Source: Cyanophora paradoxa CCMP329
Lineage: Eukaryota; Plantae; Glaucophyta
DNA: 64,000 bases
Direction: 5' to 3'
Assembly: GCA_004431415.1 (NCBI GenBank)
Contig: QPMI01000647.1
Location: 1-64,000 of the forward strand
Numbering within the stretch: position 1 is the stretch's first letter; the number at the start of each line of letters is the position of its first letter. The notes below the pieces were generated by a model. It made no database searches, was not told where the DNA came from, and saw only the letters and a list, made by a program, of their open reading frames with translations. A program made the position numbers and the translations under genes. Below are positions 31,354 through 44,055 of this stretch, piece after piece.

Positions 31354-33132
31354 CCGGCAGCGCAACGGCGTCGGGGGGCGCCCCCGGCGCCAGCGCCGCC
31401 GCCGCGCGGGCCCCGACGTCCGCGCAGATCTCCCGCAGCCGGTGCTCCAGCCGCTGGATCGCCAGCAGCTGCGGCGGCGCGTAAGTCGCAGACGCGGACG
31501 CGCGAACGGAACGAGGGGGGTACCTGGACGAGGCATCGGGCGTCAACGGAGAGGCGGGAGACGCGGCCCGTGGCGACGAGCGGCCGCCCGTCCCCCGTCT
31601 GGTCCACGAGGCTGAGGGACCAGTCCCAGTTCTCGCACGCCTGCAGCGCCGCGTACTCCTCCGCACCCTACAACAAAACAAGGTGAGCAGGGGGGTACGC
31701 GGAGGTCGATGGGGGGTACCTCGATCCAGAAGGCGGCGAAGGCGTCGCCGTCGGGTCCGAAGGTGACGGCGCGGGCGCGCTTGACGCGGGAGCCCGCCGG
31801 CTGGCCCCCGACGGGGAACGGCAGCTTCAGCTCCGCGTCGCAGTACCGCGCCGCCAGTCCCGCGTCCGCCGCGATCTGCGGGGGTACCGCGTTAGGAGAC
31901 GGGGGTACACAGCGGGGCAGACGTGGCGGGGGGCGCACGGTCGCGAGGGCAACCTCGAGGGTCTCCTCGCTCGAGTCTGGCGGGGGAGGCAATCGGCATG
32001 GGGGTACGAAATCGGGGGAAAGGGGGGGGGGGGGGTTACCGCCGGTGGGCAGGGCAACGTAGGCGCCGAGGCGCGCGGGGCCGCAGATGTCGTCCTGCAC
32101 AGTCTCGAGGAAGACCCGGTCCTGGGTACGGGATCAAAAAGGTTCCGCGGGGGGTACGGGATCGGGTGGGGGAACGCACGGCCTCGACGGGGGCGATGAC
32201 GTGGAAGGAGAGGGGGGGGGAGCTGCGGCATGAGCTGCGGGGGCGTCAGGCGCGCCGAGAAGAAAGGGCCCCCGCGGGATTCGAGCCCGGGCGCACGGAG
32301 ACGAGGGCCTCGAGGCGCGGCTCGAAGTGCTCGGGCGCCAGACGCCGCCCGTCCTAGAGAAGCACCTGGGCGGGGGGGGGAGAAGTTAGCGGGTACGGGG
32401 TGGGGTCGAGAGGGGAGGGGGTACCAGGACGCAGCGGGCGCCGGCGGCGATGTCCTCTGGCGTGAGGGACACCGCGAAGGTCCGCAGCGCGTCCGCAAAG
32501 GCGTACATCTGCGTTCGGGGGGTACAGTAAAGAGGAGATTCGGTGGCGGAGCAGCCGGGCCCGGGGCGGGGACCCACCGCGACGGCGTGGGGCAGCCGTC
32601 CTCGTCGGCCCCTTCGAAGCCGCGGGCCCAGCCGCGCTCGACGCCGAGCGCCGGGTCCGCTCCCAACGTCATCTGAGGCGCGGGACGCTGATCTGAGGCA
32701 CGGCGAGACGGAGGGGGGTACAGGCACGCTCACCTCGCTGGCCCTGCGGGGGGTACAGATGAAGACATCGGGCTCGAGGCCGCGGGCGCTCCCAACAAAG
32801 CGGAGGAGGGATACGGTGGCGGCCTTGAGCGAGTCCAGGAAGGTACAGACGGCCGCGAGGAGCAGCGTGCGCGGCGGGCGCGCCGCCGCGCCGGCGCGCT
32901 GCAGCGCCGCGCAGAGGAGCGTCCGTTGCATGGCCGAGGCGTGGGGGCCCGAGCCCGACTGGACCAGCGCCAGGCTCGCGCCCAGCGGCTGCCGCAGCGC
33001 CGGCGTCGACCGCCCCGCCCGCTCTGCCGCCGCCTTAGAAAACGAAAAAGAAGGGGCGGGGGGCGGGGAGGGCCGGACCGCGGGCGACGGTCCAGCAGAG
33101 GGGGCTCCCCTGCACCGCCTCCCCGTTGACCT
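31354..33132 (-). pseudogene. 5'-truncated duplicate of filamin gene 3' end, copy 1 (Polinton-disrupted)
   Basis: Same exons and introns as 48289-50349. Confidence 0.8.
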
Positions 33133-35081
33133 CAGCTGCCGCGAATGGCGCCGGAATGGCAATGGCACACGATTATGGTTCAGCTCTGCCCATTCTCCGT
33201 CTGTGGCCGCGCAGTGAGCCTGTTGCGAGCGCCGTCAGCTGACCATGGCCGCGGGCCGAGCCGGCGCTCCTGCAGAGGCGAGCGCGTTTCCGAAGTTCCG
33301 CTCGCGGCGACACAGGCGGCGCGAGTCGCGGCGCGACAACGTCGGTGGGGCCTCGGTTGGCTCCGTGGATCGTCTCCGTGGAGCTTCCGTGGAGCGAGGG
33401 CGGCAGGGCGGGGGTCGGCGCGACAGCCGTTGAACGTCGACGGGCCTGCGGCAGACCGCGGCGTTTTAGAGCGTCTTGCGCGAGCAGCCAGGTGAGCTGT
33501 GTGCCTCTAATTCAAAAAGAGCACCGCAAGGTTGCTTGCACGTTGAAGTCCATCTTTCCCGACTCGGCCACGTGCAGAGCGCCGGGCTGTCGTTTTCACA
33601 GCAGTTTGGGCACTGTTTGGCCCGATCAGGGGTACACTGTCTCCGGCCATGGGGCGTACGCAGCTCGAAATCGGTTAGGGTCTTGTTCAAAGTCCTTGCA
33701 ATTGAAGATCAGGTGGTGGATTTTCACTGAGTCAAGCCTTTGCAGAACGTGCGCTCCGCATGCTTCTGAAGCTCCTGCACGCGTGGTGTCTTGAACCCGC
33801 ACGCTTCTAAAGCTTATTCCGCAGGTTCAGTTAAATGGAAAGTCAAGGCAGACTGCTTTGGAGCGGTGAGCGCGTTCCGCGCGCGGGTCCCTCGACCTCG
33901 GCCGCGGCCGCGGCCGCTTTCACCTCAAGCCCGGCTCCGTCGCCGGGCGGATTTCGTGTCAAGAGATTCTCCGTGCACGGTCAGATGCTCTCGCTGTCAA
34001 AGACCTCGCCCGGTGCCCTCTGAAGGCTTCGAATTCCTCTGCATGCGCAGGCCAAGGCGTCGGCGCCGCTATGCATGCAGTCCAAGTGAAGGAGAAGAAT
34101 TCGGCTTCGCATGTATCCAGTTCCCGAAAGTCGTCGCCCAGCGCCCACGTGCACGTTTTCCTTGCGATATTAATTGGCGGCCGCGGCCCTCGAGCTCGGC
34201 CGTTCTTCACTCCCGCGCTAGCGGTCTCGTCCGGCATCAAGCGCCTTCTGGCGTGCAGCCGTTCGGAGGTCTCGTCGAGCGCTGTCAGCATTCTTCGCAT
34301 GCCGCTGTTCAGCAAGCTGCAGGTGAATCTCCTTTTGCTCCCTTTGATTTCGCCGAATCAGACGCTCGCCCGGCCCGATGCTTTCTGCAGGCCGGCTCCT
34401 CTGGCCATGCCGACCCCGAGGGCCCGACCACCCTCCCGCTCACTGAATCGATCGACTGGCGCTGCGAGCTGGAGGACGCGTTGCCAGGCGGTCTGGGAAA
34501 AGCGCTTGTTCGAGTGGTCGCCGTGCTGATCCAGGCGATGTCGCGGGCCGAGACGAAGATTGTTGTTAGCACGATGATGTTGATGATCTTCATGCCCATA
34601 CAAACGGTAATTATATAATCTTAGAGCTGTTGCCCACCTGCAATATTTCTTACTCGTGTCTCAGTTTCTCGTTATCTCGCTCATGCACCAGATGGGAATG
34701 CTGTAGGCATCTATAGCTAGATTTTGCAGCTGCAGACTGCTGAATGTCTGTCGACTATTTGTATGCATATGCAGGACCCCGGCCGCCGGGCCGGCTGATC
34801 GCATGCAGAGGGTCAAACAGGCGCGGGTTGCCGGCAGCCGCCAATGCATATGCATATGCAGGCCAAGGGCTGGATCCGGAGCATGTGGCAGCCGCCTCTC
34901 AAGAGTCTGATGCGCTCGGGATCGGATCGGCAGCATTCGGAAGGGAGCTCGAGCGGAGGAAAAGGCGGAGGAGGGAGCGAGCTCGAGGGCGAAGGAAAAG
35001 GCGGAGGAGGGAGCGAGATCGAGGGTGGAGGATCGCTTGCACTGGAATGGAACATGTACATGGTGAGGGGCTACCGGGGGG

Positions 35082-37153
35082 CTACGGGGGAGGCGGGGCC
35101 GAGGCGGCGCCGGAGCGGTCGCGGGCGGCGCGGCGGGCGCCGAGGAAGCGCGCGGCCGGCGGGGCGAGGGCGGCGAGGGTGCGCGCCGCGCGGCCGGCGG
35201 CGCGGAGGGCGTCAACGTCACCCCACGCGCCCTGCGCGGCCCGCACGGCCGCGATCGAGGCGCGCATCAACACGCGCAGCTCCGGCGCGAACGGCTGCCG
35301 CGCCGCCGCGTACGGCTTGACGGCCCCCTCCATCTGTGCGCACTCCTTGACCCACTTGCTACGCACCGCGTCCGGCAGCGCCACCGCGTCGGGGGGCGCC
35401 CCCGGCGCCAGCGCCGCCGCCGCGCGGGCCCCGACGTCCGCGCAGATCTCCCGCAGCCGGTGCTCCAGCCGCTGGATCGCCAGCAGCTGCGGCGGTGCGT
35501 AAGCCGCAGACGCGGACGCGCGAACGGAACGAGGGGGGTACCTGGACGAGGCATCGGGCGTCAACGGACAGGCGGGAGACGCGGCCCGTGGCGACGAGGG
35601 GCCGCCCGTCCCCCGTCTGGTCCACGAGGCTGAGGGACCAGTCCCAGCTCTCGCACGCCTGCAGCGCCGCGTACTCCTCCGCCCCCTGCGGCGGCCCGAG
35701 GTGAGCAGGGGGGGGGGGTACGCGGGGGACGAGGGGCGCGGGGTACCTCGATCCAGAAGGCGGCGAAGGCGTCGCCGTCGGGTCCGAATGTGACGGCGCG
35801 GGCGCGCTTGACGCGGGAGCCCGCCGGCTGGCCCCCGACGGGGAACGGCAGCTTCAGCTCCGCGTCGCAGTACCGCGCCGCCAGCCCCGCGTCCGCCGCG
35901 ATCTGCGGGGGTACCGCGTTAGGGGACGGGGGTACACGGCGGGGCAGGCGGGGGGCGCACGGTCGCGAGGGCAACCTCGAGGGTCTCCTCGCTCGAGTCT
36001 GGCGGGGGAGGGAATCGGGCTGGGGGTACCGAATCTGGCGGGGAGGGGGCGGGGTACCGCCGGTGGGCAGGGCGACGTAGGCGCCGAGGCGCGCGGGGCC
36101 GCAGATGTCGTCCTGCACAGTCTCGAGGAAGACCCGGTCCTGGGGTACGGAATCAAAGGGGTTCGGCGGGGGGTACGGTATCGGGTGGGAGAGCGCACGG
36201 CCTCGACGGGGGCGATGATGTGGAAGGAGAGGGGGGGGAGCTGCGGCATGAGCTGCGGGGGCGTCAGCTGCGGGCGCGCCGAGAAGAAAGGGCCCCCGCG
36301 GGATTCGAGCCCGGGCGCACGGAGACGAGGGCCTCGAGGCGCGGCTCGAAGTGCTCGGGCGCCAATCGCCGCCCGTCCGAGAGCAGCACCTGGAGGGGGT
36401 GAAAGTTAGGGGGGTACGGGGCGGGGTTGAGAGGGGAGGGGGTACCAGGACGCAGCGGGCGCCGGCGGCGATGTCCTCTGGCGTGAGGGACACCGCGAAG
36501 GTCCGCAGCGCGTCCGCAAAGGCGTACATCTGCGTTCGGGGGGTACAGTAAAGAGGAGATTCGGTGGCGGAGCAGCCGGGCCCGGGGCGGGGACCCACCG
36601 CGACGGCGTGGGGGCAGCCGTCCTCGTCGGCCCCTTCGAAGCCGCGGGCCCAGCCGCGCTCGACGCCGAGCGCCGGGTCCGCTCCCAACGTCATCTGAGG
36701 CGCGGGACGCTGATCTGAGGCACGGCGAGACGGAGGGGGGTACAGGCACGCTCACCTCGCTGGCCCTGCGGGGGGTACAGATGAAGACATCGGGCTCGAG
36801 GCCGCGGGCGCTCCCAACAAAGCGGAGGAGGGATACGGTGGCGGCCTTGAGCGATTCCAGGAAGGTACAGACGGCCGCGAGGAGCAGCGTGCGCGGCGGG
36901 CGCGCCGCCGCGCCGGCGCGCTGCAGCGCCGCGCAGAGGAGCGTCCGTTGCATGGCCGAGGCGTGGGGGCCCGAGCCCGACTGGACCAGCGCCAGGCTCG
37001 CGCCCAGCGGCTGCCGCAGCGCCGGCGTCGACCGCCCGCCCGCTCTGCCGCCGCCTTAGAAAACGAAAAAGAAGGGGCGGGGGGCGGGGAGGGCCGGACC
37101 GCGGGCGACGGTCCAGCAGAGGGGGCTCCCCTGCACCGCCTCCCCGTTGACCT
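35082..37153 (-). pseudogene. 5'-truncated duplicate of filamin gene 3' end, copy 2
   Basis: Same exons as 48289-50349. Homology ends at ...CCCCGTTGACCT. Confidence 0.75.
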
Positions 37154-39087
37154 CAGCTGCCGCGAATGGCGCCGGAATGGCAATGGCACACGATTATGGT
37201 TCAGCTCTGCCCATTCTCCGTCTGTGGCCGCGCAGTGAGCCTGTTGCGAGCGCCGTCAGCTGACCATGGCCGCGGGCCGAGCCGGCGCTCCTGCAGAGGC
37301 GAGCGCGTTTCCGAAGTTCTGCTCGCGGCGGCGCAGGCGGCGCGAGTCGCGGCGCGACAACGTCGGTGGGGCCTCGGTTGGCTCCGTGGATCGTCTCCGT
37401 GGAGCTTCCGAGGAGCGAGGGCGGCAGGGCGGGGGTCGGCGCGACAGCCGTTGAACGTCGACGGGCCTGCGGCAGACCGCGGCGTTTTAGAGCGTCTTGC
37501 GCGAGCAGCCAGGTGAGCTGTGTGCCTCTAATTCAAAAAGAGCACCGCAAGGTTGCTTGCACGTTGAAGTCGATCTTTCCCGATTCGACACGTGCAGAGC
37601 GCCGGGCTGTCGTTTTCACAGCAGTTTGGGCACTGTTTGCCAGTGTTTGGCCCGATCAGGGGTACACTGTCTCCGGCCATGGGGTGTATGCAGGTCGAAA
37701 TCGGTTAGGGTCTTGTTCAAAGTCCTTGCAATTGAAGATCAGGTGGTGGATTTTCACTGAGTCAAGCCTTTGCAGAACGTGCGCTCCGCATGCTTCTGAA
37801 GCTCCTGCACGCGTGGTGTCTGGAACCCGCACGCTTCTAAAGCTTATTCCGCAGGTTCAGTTAAATGGAAAGTCAAGGCAGACTGCTTTGGAGCGGTGAG
37901 CGCGTTCCGCGCGCGGGTCCCTCGACCTCGGCCGCGGCCGCTTTCACCTCAAGCCCGGCTCCGTCGCCGGGCGGATTTCGTGTCAAGAGATTCTCCGTGC
38001 ACGGTCAGATGCTCTCGCTGTCAAAGACCTCGCCCGGTGCCCTCTGAAGGCTTCGAATTCCTCTGCATGCGCAGGCCAAGGCGTCGGCGCCGCTATGCAT
38101 GCAGTCCAAGTGAAGGAGAAGAATTCGGCTTCGCATGTATCCAGTTCCCGAAAGTCGTCGCCCAGCGCCCACGTGCACGTTCTCCTTGCAATATCAATTG
38201 GCGGCCCTCGAGCTCGGCCGTTCTTCGCTCCCGCGCTAGCGGTCTCGAGCTCGTCCGGCATCAAGCGCCTTCTGGCGTGCAGCCGTTCGGAGGTCTCGTC
38301 GAGCGCTGTCAGCATTCTTCGCATGCCGCTGTTCAGCAAGCTGCAGGTGAATCTCCTTTTGCTCCCTTTGATTTCGCCGAATCAGACGCTCGCCCGGCCC
38401 GATGCTTTCTGCAGGCCGGCTCCTCTGGCCATGCCGACCCCGAGGGCCCGACCACCCTCCCGCTCACTGAATCGATCGACTGGCGCTGCGAGCTGGAGGA
38501 CGCTTTGCCAGGCGGTCTGGGAAAAGCGCTTGTTCGAGTGGTCGCCGTGCTGATCCAGGCGATGTCGCGGGCCGAGACGAAGATTGTTGTTAGCACGATG
38601 ATGTTGATGATCTTCATGCCCATACAAACGGTAAGCTTAGAGCTGTTGCCCACCTGCAATATTTCTTACTCGTGTCTCAGTTTCTCGTTATCTCGCTCAT
38701 GCACCAGATGGGAATGCTGTAGGCATCTATAGCTAGATTTTGCAGCTGCAGACTGCTGAATGTCTGTCGACTATTTGTGTGCATATGCAGGACCCCGGCC
38801 GCCGGGCCGGCTGATCGCATGCAGCCTGGCAGAGGGTCAAACACAAACAGGCGCGGGTTGCCGGCAGCCGCCAATCAACATGCATATGCATATGCAGGCC
38901 AAGGGCTGGATCCGGAGCATGTGGCGGCCGCCTCTCAAGAGTCTGATGCGCTCGGGATCGGATGGAAAAGGCGGAGGAGGGAGCGAGCTCGAGGGCGGAG
39001 GAAAAGGCGGAGGAGGGAGCGAGATCGAGGGTGGAGGATCGCTTGCACTGGAATGGAACATGTACATGGTGAGGGGCTACCGGGGGG

Positions 39088-41269
39088 CTACGGGGGAGGC
39101 GGGGCCGGGGCGGCGCCGGAGCGGTCGCGGGCGGCGCGGCGGGTGCCGAGGAAGCGCGCGGCCGGTGGGGCGAGGGCGGCGAGGGTGCGCGCCGCGCGGC
39201 CGGCGGCGCGGAGGGCGTCGGGGTCGCCCCACGCGCCCTGCGCCGCCCGCACGGCGGCAATCGAGGCGCGCATCAACACGCGCAGCTCCGGCGCGAACGG
39301 CTGCCGCGCCGCCGCGTACGGCTTGACGGCCCCCTCCATCTGCGCACACTCCTTGACCCACTTGCTCCGCACCGCGTCCGGCAGCGCCACGGCGTCGGGG
39401 GGCGCCCCCGGCGCCAGCGCCGCCGCCGCGCGCGCCCCGACGTCCGCGCAGATCTCCCGCAGCCGGTGCTCCAGCCGCTGGATCGCCAGCAGCTGTGGCG
39501 GCGCGTAAGCCGCAGACGCGGACGCGCGAACGGAACGAGGGGGGGTACCTGGACGAGGCAGCGGGCGTCGACGGAGAGGCGGGAGACGCGGCCCGTGGCG
39601 ACGAGCGGCCGCCCGTCCCCCGTCTGGTCCACGAGGCTGAGGGACCAGTCCCAGTTCTCGCACGCCTGCAGCGCCGCGTACTCCTCCGCCCCCTGCGGCG
39701 GCCCGAGGTGAGCAGGGGGGGGGGTACGCGGGGGACGAGGGGCGCGGGGTACCTCGATCCAGAAGGCGGCGAAGGCGTCGCCGTCGGGTCCGAAAGTGAC
39801 GGCGCGGGCGCGCTTGACGCGGGCGCCCGCCGGCTGGCCCCCGACGGGGAACGGCAGCTTCAGCTCCGCGTCGCAGTACCGCGCCGCCAGCCCCGCGTCC
39901 GCAGCGATCTGCGGGGGTACCGCGTTAGGGACGCGGGTACACGGCGGGGCAGGCGTGGCGGGGGGCGCACGGTCGCGAGGGCAACCTCGAGGGTCTCCTC
40001 GCTCGAGTCTGGCGGGGGAGGGAATCGGGCTGGGGGTACCGAATCGGGAAGGTGGGGAGGGGGGGTACCGCCGGTGGGCAGGGCGACGTAGGCGCCGAGG
40101 CGCGCGGGGCCGCAGATGTCGTCCTGCACAGTCTCGAGGAAGACACGGTCCTGGGGTACGCGATCAAAAAGGTTCCGCGGGGGGTACGGGATCGGGTGGG
40201 GGAACGCACGGCCTCGACGGGGGCGATGACGTGGAAGGAGAGGGGGGGGGAGCTGCGGCATGAGCTGCGGGGGCGTCAGGCGCGCCGAGAAGAAAGGGCC
40301 CCCGCGGGATTCGAGCCCGGGCGCACGGAGACGAGGGCCTCGAGGCGCGGCTCGAAGTGCTCGGGCGCCAGACGCCGCCCGTCCGAGAGCAGTACCTTGA
40401 GGGGGGGAGAAGTTAGCGGGTACGGGGTGGGTTGAGGTGGGGTTGAGAGGGGAGGGGGTACCAGGACGCAGCGGGCGCCGGCAGCGATGTCCTCTGGCGT
40501 GAGGGACACCGCGAAGGTCCGCAGCGCGTCCGCAAAGGCGTACATCTGCGTTCGGGGGGTACAGTAAAGAGGAGATTCGGCGGCGGAGCAGCCGGGCCCG
40601 GGGCGGGGGCCCACCGCGACGGCGTGGGGGCAGCCGTCCTCGTCGGCCCCTTCGAAGCCGCGGGCCCAGCCGCGCTCGACGCCGAGCGCCGGGTCCGCCC
40701 CCAGCGTCATCTGAGGCGCGGGACGCTGATCTGAGGCACGGCGAGACGGAGGGGGTACAGGCGCGCTCACCTCGCTGGCCCTGCGGGGGGTACAGATGAA
40801 GACATCGGGCTCGAGGCCGCGGGCGCTCCCCACAAAGCGGAGGAGGGAAACGGTGGCGGCCTTGAGTGAGTCCAGGGGGGTACAGACGGCCGCGAGGAGC
40901 AGCGTGCGCGGCGGGCGCGCCGCCGCGTCGGCGCGCTGCAGCGCCGCGCAGAGGAGCGCCCGCTGCGTCGCCGAGGCGTGGGGGCCCGAGCCGGACTGGA
41001 CCAGCGCCAGGCTCGCCCCCAGCGGCTGCCGCAGCGCCGGCGTAGAGCGCCCCGCCCGCTCTGCCGCCGCCGCGGCCTCAGAGGGGGGCGGGGGGCGGGG
41101 GCGGGAGGCGGGGAGGGTCGGACCGCGGGCGACGGTCCAGCAGAGGGGGCTCCCCTGCACCGCCTCTCCGTTGACCTGCGCCCGTCCAAGACCCCCTCTC
41201 AGGAGCCAGCACAAGGGGAAAGGGGGGGAGAAGGCGGGTGTACGGGAGCGCACGGCGACGTGGAGGGCG
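39088..41269 (-). pseudogene. 5'-truncated duplicate of filamin gene 3' end, copy 3
   Basis: Same exons as 48289-50436. Homology ends at ...GTGGAGGGCGT. Confidence 0.75.
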
Positions 41270-41701
41270 TCGGCTCAAGAGGGCGTGGAGGGCGTGACGA
41301 GACTAAGCATTATTGACTCGTATATATATTGACTCATATGAGGCAGCGATTGGGGCGGGGGCGCACGGGTGCGGCCGCGGCGGCGCGGCGGCGCGGTCAT
41401 GCATATGAAACTAGTGCGCTGGGGTCGGCGCCCGGGCGCGGCGCGGCCGCGGGGGTTGTAGAGCGTTCCGAGTGCGTGCTGCCGCCGGGCGCTCTCGAAG
41501 GTGCAAGGAATCCGCACCCCACCTGCCAGCCTGCGCGGAATCGCGTCGAGTCGGGCTGAAAGCATGCGAGTTGGCGTTCTTACATCGGCGTAAGCTTCCT
41601 GTGATGTAGAGCGGGGAGCTGTGCCGATCCTGGGCCCGGATGAGCAAACTTCTCCCGAGGTCGGCGCAGCTGGAGAACGCAAAGGGAGCTCGCGGGGACC
41701 G

Positions 41702-41888
41702 ATCCAGCGCACAAAGCATTCCGCGTAGCTCTCGGTACGCTGCTAAGCGCAAGCGGACTGCTGCGATGCTGCACTGAATCTGAGCGACGTCGACTTCTCG
41801 CGTGGTCGGACGTGCGGACCATCCAGGGCGTCAAGCATCCCTCGTAGCTCTCGGTACGCTGCTGAGCGCGAGCGGCCTGCAGCGATGC
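41702..41888 (+). repeat. Pair of ~68-bp imperfect direct repeats
   Basis: ...CGTAGCTCTCGGTACGCTGCT(A/G)AGCGC... at 41702-41769 and 41821-41888. Confidence 0.8.
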
Positions 41889-44055
41889 CGCGCGCGCTCA
41901 TCTGGCCATGTCATCTGCGGTAGGTCTTCGAGCCTGGGGTACCGGTTTCGACCGGGCTTTTCGCGGTGCAGCGCCCACAGCCAGGGCCACACTGTGAGTG
42001 ACAGGCGAGCGAAGCGTGCAGAATCGCGACCGCGTGCAGCTCGTACGCGTGCAGGTCGACTGCGAGAGCGGGTCGCGGACTCGCGCGCGGGTACCGGTGG
42101 ACTTCTCAAAAAAATTCGAAATTTTTTTTTGAGAGACTACGGTGGGGCGAACCCCCCGTAGGTAGTGATATTAAAGACAACAAAGCAATCACAAATCAAA
42201 GATACAGTAAACTAGCACAAAATATATACAGAATCAAGAGGGATCACGAGAAAGGACACGATCAGAAGAACGCAAAAGATAAGGAGAACGAGCACGAGGA
42301 GAAGGAGTAGAAGAGCTCAAGGGCGTCGATGCAGAAGTACTAGTCACACTAGAACGACGAGGAGCACGGGGACGCAGCAAATAAGGAGAACGAGCACGAG
42401 GAACTACAGTCGAAGACGAAGATCTAGACGAAGACGACAAGACAGAGCTAACAGCAGAACTAGAAGACGTAGTCGCAGGAGGCAAAGGCGGTAGAACAGT
42501 AGGAGAGGCGAAACGTAGGACACCACTAGAGGGGAAAGTCGAAGCTGGCGGAGTGTCTAAACGGAATCGAGATTGTAGAGTTGGTAAAACAATGGACGGC
42601 TGAAGACTAATCTGAGGAACTGGGACGACACGAGGAAAGGGGCAGAGCTCGGGTGCAGACTCGGAATCGGCAGTATAAGAGGAGGGGCGAAACGCAAGCC
42701 AGTAGTGACAGGGAAGGCAGACGATGGGGCTGAACCAGGCGGGAGAGGCAAATATAGCGAAGTAGAAGAGAGAGAAGGGTACACACGAGGAACGTCACCA
42801 TACACAAAATACTCGCTGCCAAAAACTATACGGTCTGACGGTCGCTGAAGATAAAGAGGCGGAACTGCCTGAGGGCTAACAGTGAGAGATGGAGGAGGAA
42901 GAGGCAGAGCTAACGACAAAGGGAACGGAATCAAAGGTACAGGGAAGGCATGGAATACACGAGGAACTGGAAGGTGGAGGGGCCAGTGCTCCTAACTAAC
43001 ATCGATGAAGCATCTGATGGAGGTGACGGCAAAACAACTGAGGGTAAACTAAGTTGAGGTGAAGCGAAGATTGATACAAGACTATCATGAATCAAAGGGG
43101 GCCATGCAGGAACCGGCGGGCGAGGTGGATCTGGCGGGACAGCCAGAGGGAAGCCGAAGGTACAGGAGAGGAAAGCCGCAGGCGCCGAGACACATGGACA
43201 GGGGACGGATCGGCATCGGGAGGCAAGGTTGAATTCGACGGAGACCGGGGGCGGCGGATTCGTGAAACGGAAGGTATCAGAGAAGGACTAGGGGGGGGCA
43301 GGGAAGTACGGAGCCGCTGAGCAGGTGGCGACGGTGAGGGTGCAGGGGAGCGAATCCGTCGCAAAGTCGGAACAGGCATAATGCCGGCCGGCGGCAGGAA
43401 TATGTATGCACTCTGTACCCGTCTAATGATCAAGCCGATTCATGCACACAATTTGCAACACCGGTTGAACAACACCGTGCAATTGCAAGCTTAAGCTCGC
43501 CACGGGCGTCATCCGATTCTGCTCGACATCTGATTTTGATCATGAAGCGTCTCCCGAAGGTGAGATCCAGACGTGAGCGAAGCGAAGCCGCGAGCCCGCG
43601 CGAGGGAGTCGCCGGGAACGCTCTCCGCTTGGCTGATCGTGCCCTCCGCTTCAATGCCAGGTCGCGACGATGCGGGAAATCCCGGAACGAGTCGCAGGGC
43701 AGCCATCTCTCCAGCTCAGCGCGGTATTTGAAAGCTCGCATTTGGCGGATTCCTGCGCACTCCCTCATGAATCGTGCAGCCGATTACAAGCTCGAGGCCG
43801 GACGTGCCGCGCTCGTCGTCAGCCGACGGCCTAGGCGGCGCCGACGATAGCGCTAGCGATGGTTCGTCGCCCCGGCCCGCACCTCGCGAGCGATCCCCGG
43901 CCCTATAACTACGTATACGTATTCGCCTTCTCATATATATTGGACGCTCCGGATCTGCCGGCGCAGCACGCTCTGACCAGCTTGATCGGGACTATCGCGA
44001 GCTCGATCGCGAGTCGAGCAAACGGAGGCAGCGGAAGCGGAAGCGTGGAGGGTAC

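Larger units (their letters stand above)
31354..41269. repeat. ~4.0-kb tandem segmental duplication (about 2.5 units: 31354-35376, 35377-39382, 39383-41269)
   Basis: Near-identical blocks, e.g. 33121ff vs 37142ff and 34621ff vs 38636ff. The ORF translations are duplicated. Confidence 0.9.

Noticed and set aside
33133-35050. Protein-coding gene in the duplicated spacer (also 37154-39060)
   Set aside because: No recognisable domain, and the frames differ between the two copies, so a call cannot be supported.
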